IMG/VR virus record: IMGVR_UViG_3300000976_000011
Span: 64,001-128,000 of that record
Reading direction: 5' to 3' (one strand)
DNA from: a virus
Length of the DNA stretch: 64,000 nt
The notes beneath the pieces are model-generated. The model was not told the origin of the DNA. It made no database searches and saw nothing but the letters and a program-made list of their open reading frames with translations. A program made the position numbers and the translations under genes. How positions within the stretch are numbered: position 1 is the stretch's first letter; the number at the start of each line of letters is the position of its first letter. Positions 57,125 to 64,000 of the stretch are shown here, in pieces.

Positions 57125-57874
57125 GTGTTTGAGAACAAAAGATTTTATCACGCTACTACTAAAAAGGTAATCACAGCCTTTGGTACGCTGTTTAATTCAA
57201 TTAAAATTTTAAGAGAGAACGGAGATGAAATTTCTGTTCCTCTTTCTTATGCGCCAACACAACACTTTATAGAAACATTAAATAAAGAAATTGATAAGCC
57301 AGGAGAAAGAATAAATAAACTTTTGCCTAGAATGTCTTTTGCTTTTAGTTCTCCAGAATATGATCCAACCAGAGAAACAGATTCTTTAGATGTTCTCACC
57401 TGTGTAGATGATTCAGGTGAGAGATGGCAATATCAACCAGTACCATATACTTATACAGTAACTATGAATGTATGGACAAAATTTCTTGAAGACCAATATC
57501 AAATTATAGAACAAATTTTACCATATTTTAGACCTGATTTTAATGTAACAATCAACGATTCAGATTCTAATATGGGCATAAAACAAGATATAGCTTTTGA
57601 ATTAATTTCAGTAGAAGATGAAGATACTTATGAAACTGCTGTAATAGATAATAGAACAATCATAACTACTTTAACTTTTTCTGCTAAAGTATACTTTTAT
57701 CCGCCAGTTGAATCAGGTGGTGTAGTTAAACATGTTATCATTAATGTTCAACCCAGCATTAATACAGGAGAACCTGCTCTTAAAGAAAGAATAGAATTTA
57801 TCGTTGATCCGTTTGAAGCAAATCCAGATGATGTGTTTAATATATTAGAAACAACTACACAGGTATTTGAATAA
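57125..57874 (+). CDS. gp15: Tail sheath stabiliser/terminator
   Basis: FYH..KK..AFGTLFN.I, VPLSYAP, LPRMSF, YDPTR, PVPY, QIIEQILPYFRP. Confidence 0.93.
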   Translation: MFENKRFYHATTKKVITAFGTLFNSIKILRENGDEISVPLSYAPTQHFIETLNKEIDKPGERINKLLPRMSFAFSSPEYDPTRETDSLDVLTCVDDSGERWQYQPVPYTYTVTMNVWTKFLEDQYQIIEQILPYFRPDFNVTINDSDSNMGIKQDIAFELISVEDEDTYETAVIDNRTIITTLTFSAKVYFYPPVESGGVVKHVIINVQPSINTGEPALKERIEFIVDPFEANPDDVFNILETTTQVFE

Positions 57875-58326
57875 TGCGAGACTTATTAGGAAATAACATA
57901 TCAGAAAGTTTAGACGACGAGTTTGATTTAGATGATCCGAATATGGTCGGTAAAGACATGGAAATTGTTGAAAATACATCTATTGCTAAAATCAAACATG
58001 GAGCAGTAGAAGTTAATCCACAAGATGCAGTAGAAGATTATGCTATAACAAGAACAACTCTTCAAGAAACACTAGAACAAAGTAGAGAAATACTTAAAAC
58101 TGCATCAGAACTTTTAAAGGATAATCCGAATCCACAAACTTTAAAAGTAATTCCAAATTTAATAACAGCTATAAATCAAACTACCGAAAGTTTATTTAAT
58201 GTTCATATTAAGATATCAAATCAGGTAAAGAAAGAAAAAAATACAGAAGAATCTGATGAGTCACAAGGATTAACGACAAAGGATTTTTTAAGGAAACATA
58301 AGGGGACAAAAACTGATGACGACTAG
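57874..58326 (+). CDS. gp16: Terminase small subunit-like
   Basis: D..EDY..TR..L, P...V...LI, TT.DFL; follows gp15. Confidence 0.65.
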   Translation: MRDLLGNNISESLDDEFDLDDPNMVGKDMEIVENTSIAKIKHGAVEVNPQDAVEDYAITRTTLQETLEQSREILKTASELLKDNPNPQTLKVIPNLITAINQTTESLFNVHIKISNQVKKEKNTEESDESQGLTTKDFLRKHKGTKTDDD

Positions 58327-58684
58327 TGCAAATTCAGAAATATTATTATCAGAACTAAAGGTAGTTTTGGGTGATCTTTATGATCAAAATGATAATAAAA
58401 ATAAAGAACTAGTAGGTCTGATAAAATCTTTAGTTAAAAGAATAGAAAGTGCTGAACACGAATTATTTAATACTGAGGGATCTATCAATGAATTACGAGA
58501 TAGAATCAGATCTTTAGAATATCATGCAAAACATGTAGATAATAAGCATGAAGCTATAGATTCTAATAAGGAAAATAGAGCAGCCTTTTGGAGAGGTGTA
58601 CTTTCTAAATTCGGTGGCGGGTTGCTTATAATGATAGCAACTTATGTTTCCACTAAATTAGGTTGGTTAAATGGCGGATTATAG
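58316..58684 (+). CDS. Coiled-coil protein with C-terminal TM
   Basis: Heptads then hydrophobic tail. Confidence 0.6.
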   Translation: MTTSANSEILLSELKVVLGDLYDQNDNKNKELVGLIKSLVKRIESAEHELFNTEGSINELRDRIRSLEYHAKHVDNKHEAIDSNKENRAAFWRGVLSKFGGGLLIMIATYVSTKLGWLNGGL

Positions 58685-59270
58685 ATTATATGAAAAAATA
58701 CAATATTCTAATAGATTACTTATAGATAATACTGTTAGAATAATATTTAGAGAGTATGTTAACAGAAATGCTAATTACTTTTTTAGATATAGTATTCAAA
58801 ATAGTCAAAGACCTGAACATATAGCATTTGACTTCTATGGGGATGCTCGTTTACATTGGATTATATTATTAGCTAATAATATCATAGATCCATTTCATGA
58901 TTGGCCTATGGATTATTCTGTATTCTTGGCTTATTTGGAAAATAAATATTTGCCTGAAAACTTAGAGCCGCATGATTGGAATTCTTTCATCGATGAAGAT
59001 GGAAATCCTATTCCAGACCCAGGAAATGATTTAGATAGAGCTAAATATGGAATAACAAATTTAGATTTTTATTTAGCTCAAATAAGGGAATATAGAAAGG
59101 ATGGTGTTCGAATAAAACAACCAGGAAATATTGTAGACCAAAATTTATTTGGCGTTACTAATTTTATGTTTGAAGAACAATTAAATGAAGACAAAAGACT
59201 AATTCAGATACCATTACCTGAATTAATCGATACAGTTGAAAGGGACTTAATTAGACTTTTAGGAAATTAA
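58671..59270 (+). CDS. gp53: Baseplate wedge subunit
   Basis: RPEHIAFDFYGD..LHWIILLANNIIDPFHDWP, E..LNE.KR.I. Confidence 0.92.
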   Translation: MADYRLYEKIQYSNRLLIDNTVRIIFREYVNRNANYFFRYSIQNSQRPEHIAFDFYGDARLHWIILLANNIIDPFHDWPMDYSVFLAYLENKYLPENLEPHDWNSFIDEDGNPIPDPGNDLDRAKYGITNLDFYLAQIREYRKDGVRIKQPGNIVDQNLFGVTNFMFEEQLNEDKRLIQIPLPELIDTVERDLIRLLGN

Positions 59271-59351
59271 AACCTAAATGTTTTATCTAATGGATTATTA
59301 GAATTTTCGTTTTTAATTATTCCCATATAACTATTCATAAAAGGTAAAATT

Positions 59352-60518
59352 TTGCCAGAGATAAGCACAGATGTACAAGATAATTATGAGTTATTAACTC
59401 TAGATCTTGATGGTACAGATATTAGAAATGAATTTATAGCAATTTCAATATATGAGAATATATTTGAGAATGATATGACTCTGTCTATTGATTTCTTAGA
59501 AACAAAAAATTACTTAGAAATAAAACAGTTTCAAGAGGGCGTTACTTTAAATATAGAATATTTTAGTAAATATCCACCAAGAATTAAACGGATGGATTTA
59601 TTTAAAGCTGAATTTCAGTGTTATTCTACAGAAAGAGTTAAATCTCAGAATCAAGGTAAAAAGATTTATCGAATGCACTTTATAACTAAAGAGCAACACA
59701 ATCAATCTAAAGTGTTAGTAAGCAGACCTTATAGAGATCAACCTACAACAGATATTATAACATCTTTATTTTCTTTTAGTAACCCAACAGTTCCTTTAGA
59801 TATTGAACCTAGTGAAGATTTTGTACCTTTATTTGTTGTTCCTCAATGGAATCCATGGAAAACGATAAATCATTTATCTAAAGATGCTTTAAAAGCTGAT
59901 AAAAATGACTATGTATTTTTTAGAGATAAAGAAAAATATGTTTGTAAACCAATTTCTATTTTAATGGAAGAACCATCTATACAAGAATATAGAATGGATC
60001 AAATGAATTTAAATTGGGAATACGATAAAACTGTTGAGCATGAAACTATTAAAACTTGGAAACAAGAAAAGGCTTTATGGAATTCATTAAAAAATATCAA
60101 TAGCGGATTATATGGTTCTAGATTTCACAAATATAATGGTATAACTAAAATATCAGAATTTTTAGAATCTACGGGTAAGCCATCAGAATTTTCTAGTGAA
60201 GATAACCTTCACATATTTGATCATGATAATTATTTTAATAGAGAAAACATTGCTTTATATAGACAAGATAGACTTGAAAAAATTACAGCTATAAATGAAG
60301 AAAGACTTATAGTTGAAGTTAGATCTAATACTAATTTAACAGTTGGTAAAAATTTAGATATAAGAATACCAACTACTAAAGAGTTAAGTATTATTGACGC
60401 AAATATAGCTAAAGAAGATGATGTAAGATTAACAGGAAAGTATTTAATATCTAAATTAAGACATCAGATTTCTAGATCTGATGCATCTATGATATATGAA
60501 GTAATAAAAATAAGATAG
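59352..60518 (+). CDS. Baseplate hub/tail protein (gp27-like)
   Basis: ISIYENIF, VSRPY, VVP.WNP..IN.L, YVFF, SG.YGS, TGKYLI..LRH. Confidence 0.7.
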   Translation: MPEISTDVQDNYELLTLDLDGTDIRNEFIAISIYENIFENDMTLSIDFLETKNYLEIKQFQEGVTLNIEYFSKYPPRIKRMDLFKAEFQCYSTERVKSQNQGKKIYRMHFITKEQHNQSKVLVSRPYRDQPTTDIITSLFSFSNPTVPLDIEPSEDFVPLFVVPQWNPWKTINHLSKDALKADKNDYVFFRDKEKYVCKPISILMEEPSIQEYRMDQMNLNWEYDKTVEHETIKTWKQEKALWNSLKNINSGLYGSRFHKYNGITKISEFLESTGKPSEFSSEDNLHIFDHDNYFNRENIALYRQDRLEKITAINEERLIVEVRSNTNLTVGKNLDIRIPTTKELSIIDANIAKEDDVRLTGKYLISKLRHQISRSDASMIYEVIKIR

Positions 60519-60629
60519 TAAAGTTTCTCTAGAGAAACTGCTCTGCGCAGCAGAGTTATATTATTAAAAGATTTAATATAAGAAGAATTTTGTTTATTAT
60601 ATCAGTCGGTTCAAAAATAGATATAAAGA

Positions 60630-60773
60630 TTACAAATCTTTAATATTTTTTAGATCCTTTCTTAGTTGTTGCTTTTCCTTAGACCTTTTAGAAGACTTAG
60701 ATTTTGTATGAGCTCCACCCTTCTTCATCAATGGATTTATAGCATGTTTGTGTCTTGGTTTTAGAGTATTCAT
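60630..60773 (-). CDS. Small basic protein (47 aa, ...INPLMKKGGAHTKSKSSKR...)
   Basis: Not in ORF track; ATG 60773 to TAA 60630. Confidence 0.6.
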   Translation of the reverse strand: MNTLKPRHKHAINPLMKKGGAHTKSKSSKRSKEKQQLRKDLKNIKDL

Positions 60774-60781
60774 ATTTGTTT

Positions 60782-61444
60782 CTATAATTCGTTAAACCAG
60801 AAACCTAAGTCTCTGAATGTCTTACCTATTATGTCTTCCTTAGTACCTATACTTTTTAAATAATTAGAATGACCATATGATTTTGAATTTATAACTCTAT
60901 CAGCATCTTTGCACCATTTATGTATAGTGATAAATGGTAGCATCGGTATATTTTGCTCTGCTTCTAATGATGTAATAAATGTTCCGTAGGGAGTTCGATA
61001 ATTACCTTTATATTTAGGGTGCTTCTTGCCTATTTTAGCCTTAGACATTTTATCTTTAGTTTCAATTGAAATTTTCTTACCAAAATTGTAGTGATTCTTA
61101 CCTTTCATTCTTAATGACATATAAATAGAGTAATCTTGGCGCAGACTTTGATATATTTTAGAATTAATTCTAACGTTTTCGTCTCTATTTGACATAAACA
61201 TATAAGCACATAACATCTTATAATAATATTCATCCTTTGTAAATTTAATTAGAAGCATATGAGCAATAAAGTGTTCCCTAGCAGTAAGTAAAACTAGGTT
61301 ATCGGGCTCATCTGAACCACCTAAAGACTTAGGAGTTATATGGTGAGATTCATAATAAACTTCTTTAGACTTTCTTCTGTCGAGATTTTTACGTGAGCTA
61401 CATAGATTAAAATAATGAAAATAGTATTTGTTCTTAATAAACAT
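60782..61444 (-). CDS. MobE-like HNH homing endonuclease
   Basis: YESHHITPKSLGGSDEPDNLVLLTAREHFIAH; TPYGTF; IIGKTFRDLGFWF. Confidence 0.92.
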   Translation of the reverse strand: MFIKNKYYFHYFNLCSSRKNLDRRKSKEVYYESHHITPKSLGGSDEPDNLVLLTAREHFIAHMLLIKFTKDEYYYKMLCAYMFMSNRDENVRINSKIYQSLRQDYSIYMSLRMKGKNHYNFGKKISIETKDKMSKAKIGKKHPKYKGNYRTPYGTFITSLEAEQNIPMLPFITIHKWCKDADRVINSKSYGHSNYLKSIGTKEDIIGKTFRDLGFWFNEL

Positions 61445-61454
61445 CTTAGCCCCT

Positions 61455-61546
61455 TATAAATATAATAGTAATGAGGGACAGCATTAGTTAGCTCCGATGT
61501 TGATAATTGTTGGCGCAGTTATCTTACCTCTTCATTATTATTTATA
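61455..61546. ncRNA. HNH-associated structured element, copy 2, between convergent late promoters
   Basis: GAGGGACAGCA..GCTCCGATGTT-[GATAATTG/CAGTTATC]-TTACCTC flanked by TATAAATA and TATTTATA. Confidence 0.7.
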
Positions 61547-61561
61547 AAATCAAAAATAGAT

Positions 61562-61837
61562 ATGGAAAAATATAAAAATCTTCCAACAGTAATACAAGCA
61601 GCTCGCTGGATGGGAATGACTAATAAAGATGCAGAAAAATTCTCTGAAGATCATAAAATTCCTGTTTTTAAAGTTGGTGCTCGAAACGGCAAGTTTGGTT
61701 TAATTGTTCAAACTTTAGAAGGTGATGCCGTAGCACAAAGAGGCACTTGGATTTTGAAAGGTACTAAAGGTGAATTTTGGCCTGTTCGAGCAGATATATT
61801 TAAACAAAAATATGAAAAAGTAGAAGATGATTCTTAA
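61562..61837 (+). CDS. Conserved small phage protein
   Basis: P.VIQA.RW, TLEGD, G.WI.KG.KGEF.PV..DIF..KYE. Confidence 0.75.
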   Translation: MEKYKNLPTVIQAARWMGMTNKDAEKFSEDHKIPVFKVGARNGKFGLIVQTLEGDAVAQRGTWILKGTKGEFWPVRADIFKQKYEKVEDDS

Positions 61838-62717
61838 AAACGGAAAATTAATATCAGGTATTGTTGAAGATAATGCTTCAGATCCATTGAAATTAGGTCG
61901 CTGTAAAGTAAGATTGTTTGGAATTCATAATGAGAAAAAGGAAGTTGCTGGACCTAAAGGTATTCCAACAGAAGATTTACCATGGGCACTGCCGTTATCA
62001 AGTTTAGAATCAGGTCTTATGAGTGGATTAGGCACAGGGCCAGTCCGAATAACAAACGGTAGTGAAGTTCTTTGTTTAGTTAGAGATGATCTTTATCAAG
62101 ATATAGTTATGATAGGAGTAATTCCAGGCGTTCATATAGAACCAGCGAAGCCTGAAATTGGATTTCAAGATCCATCTGGAACTTATCCTTTAGAAGATAG
62201 ATTAGAAGAGCCAGATACTAATAGACTTGCTCGAAAAGAAAAATTTGATGAAACTATATTATTAGATAAAACAGCAAGAGTACTAAAAGATATACCTATG
62301 AAAGGCGGCGGCTCATGGTCTGAACCATTACCTGTAGATTATATCAATCCTGAATATCCTAAAAATCAGGTAACTGAAACCGAATCAGGCCACGTATTTG
62401 AAATTGACGACACGCCTGGATTTGAAAGAATTTCTACTTGGCATAAATCAGGAGCTTTCGATGAGACAATTAATACAGGCGAGCGCATAATAAAAGTTCC
62501 TAACAATATGTATATTACTATTGAAGAAGGTGAATTGGCCATCTATTCCGGCGGCGGCATATCTCTTACAGCTAAACAAGATATATCAATTTTAACAGAA
62601 GGGGCTTTTGCTGTACAAGCAAAAAATGGAATAAAACTGGACTCAGAAACAGAAATCCAAATCCAGTCAAAATTAAGAACCAGTATAGATGGTGCAAACG
62701 TTAGTGTTAATCGCTAG
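61827..62717 (+). CDS. gp5: Baseplate central spike without lysozyme domain
   Basis: G.VED..DPLKLGRCKVR.FG.H, IPTEDLPWA, YPKNQV.ETESGH.FE.DDTPG.ERI..H.SG. Confidence 0.92.
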   Translation: MILKNGKLISGIVEDNASDPLKLGRCKVRLFGIHNEKKEVAGPKGIPTEDLPWALPLSSLESGLMSGLGTGPVRITNGSEVLCLVRDDLYQDIVMIGVIPGVHIEPAKPEIGFQDPSGTYPLEDRLEEPDTNRLARKEKFDETILLDKTARVLKDIPMKGGGSWSEPLPVDYINPEYPKNQVTETESGHVFEIDDTPGFERISTWHKSGAFDETINTGERIIKVPNNMYITIEEGELAIYSGGGISLTAKQDISILTEGAFAVQAKNGIKLDSETEIQIQSKLRTSIDGANVSVNR

Positions 62718-62875
62718 AGCTTTGTTTATTTAAATAATGAATGAGATAATCTTTAAATCTCTTAGCTTCGATTTCATTTCTAGCAGGAACATAAATTTCG
62801 CAACCTGAATCATCTTTTACCATAACAAATATTTCACTTGTGTTAAATGGTAAATTTTTAAAAAAGTTATCCATT

Positions 62876-63160
62876 TTAATCCTCTATAATATAATTATCA
62901 TCGTAAATATAAGTTTTCATTAATTCTTTATGAGTTATTTCACCTAAACCGTATTTTCTGAAGTTTTCAAAAGAAACAACATAGCCATCTAAATAAAAAG
63001 AATCAAAAAATATTTGTGAGCTTAATTCTTTACTATTGTCTAAATCATCTAAGCACTCTTTTATTAGACTTGCTAATTCTTCTTCAATGTAATATATAAA
63101 ACGTTTACATTCAACAGAATCAACTATTCTTCTATTAATAGTAATATACATTTTAGACAT
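62876..63160 (-). CDS. Hypothetical protein
   Basis: GGAG RBS; - strand operon. Confidence 0.55.
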   Translation of the reverse strand: MSKMYITINRRIVDSVECKRFIYYIEEELASLIKECLDDLDNSKELSSQIFFDSFYLDGYVVSFENFRKYGLGEITHKELMKTYIYDDNYIIED

Positions 63161-63539
63161 TATCATCTCCAAAATTAATTTTATATTTCCTATTTGCCAT
63201 TTTAGTTAATTTTTCTATAGCTGCGTCACGACCTCTAACTGCTTCAGTATTTATTCTCATATCAGATAACCATGTTCCCCATGTACCTCTAGGTATAGAT
63301 CTTCTAAAGCCACGAAGAAATTCTACTTCGCACAGCGAACAATTCCAATAACAAAGATACTGAATTTGTTCATACCAACCCACCGGTCTTGAAGTATTTA
63401 ATAAGTATGCAAATCCTGCTTCATTAGGAATAACATCAACTTCAAATATCATATATTTGTCATCCCATGGATTTTCGACTTTAGCTCTATTATCGATTTC
63501 TTCTGATTTAGAAAAATAATTTAAAAATTTTCTTAACAT
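63153..63539 (-). CDS. Hypothetical protein
   Basis: TAATG-coupled ORF. Confidence 0.6.
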   Translation of the reverse strand: MLRKFLNYFSKSEEIDNRAKVENPWDDKYMIFEVDVIPNEAGFAYLLNTSRPVGWYEQIQYLCYWNCSLCEVEFLRGFRRSIPRGTWGTWLSDMRINTEAVRGRDAAIEKLTKMANRKYKINFGDDNV

Positions 63540-63814
63540 TAGTATAAATTCTCACTATAAAGTGTTCCACCATTGGCGCAATCGCCGCCTACTCTTCTTC
63601 TAATTTGGCCTGCTGCCTTAGCAATTTTCCAAGCTTCTTCTCTTGTATGAAAATTTCTTCTATTATCAATAAAGCCTTGTTCCCAAACTTTTCTTAAACT
63701 TAATAGTTTCATAATATCAACCATAAATTTATCGAAATGTCTAGCGCCAGGAATAATTAAATCTGTTTCTTTATGTTTATTAGCGGCGCAAACTATGTAT
63801 ATTTCACTTCTCAT
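63539..63814 (-). CDS. Conserved phage hypothetical protein
   Basis: IVCAAN, GARHFD..M, QGFID..F.TREEAW.IA, LYSENLY. Confidence 0.75.
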   Translation of the reverse strand: MRSEIYIVCAANKHKETDLIIPGARHFDKFMVDIMKLLSLRKVWEQGFIDNRRNFHTREEAWKIAKAAGQIRRRVGGDCANGGTLYSENLY

Positions 63815-64000
63815 TGTGGATAAAATACTAACATAATTTCATTATCTTCGCCTACAGATGTAAACATATCAAATTTATATAATTCAAGAACATCATCTAA
63901 ATCAATATGTATATTTCTATTTAAACCTACATAGATAAAACCTGAATCTTCTTGTAAGGATTGTTCTAATAAAGGCTCAACCCAGCCACTGTGATTAGGT

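Noticed and set aside
1-64000. CRISPR array, retron/DGR reverse transcriptase, integrase or transposase
   Set aside because: No regularly spaced repeats seen and no ORF with the relevant motifs
1-64000. Genome-wide stop codon reassignment
   Set aside because: Core genes are full length in code 11 and TAA, TAG and TGA all end genes; only one isolated in-frame TGA found

Overview
AT-rich 64-kb segment of a large lytic T4-like myophage genome. It has sigma70-type early promoters (TTTACA-N17-TATAAT) and T4 gp55-type late promoters (TATAAATA); spanin genes point to a Gram-negative host. Positions 1-30.5 kb are an accessory/replication region: three tRNAs, a PRS-like plus NAMPT-like NAD+ pair (NARP1-type), AlkB, HD hydrolase, macrodomain, phosphoesterase, RNase H, UvsY, DNA ligase, DexA-like exonuclease, amidase and many small ORFs. 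Positions 31-63 kb are a morphogenesis module: gp4, gp54, gp26/gp51, tape measure, gp25, gp6, gp7, gp8, a DUF4815-like protein, fibre/decoration proteins, holin-spanins, gp13-16, gp53, hub and gp5. Six free-standing homing endonucleases and one internally deleted mini-copy are scattered through the window. Best leads: (1) a covarying structured ncRNA element between convergent late promoters, found twice directly upstream of HNH endonuclease genes; (2) a GC-clamped hairpin whose loop is antisense to the shared leader/RBS of the early promoter cassettes; (3) a start-less gp51 ORF reachable by a -1 frameshift from gp26; (4) twin-arginine mini-proteins carrying major-capsid (Gol-like) fragments; (5) systematic leaderless late genes. 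All product calls come from motif recognition by eye; no searches were run.
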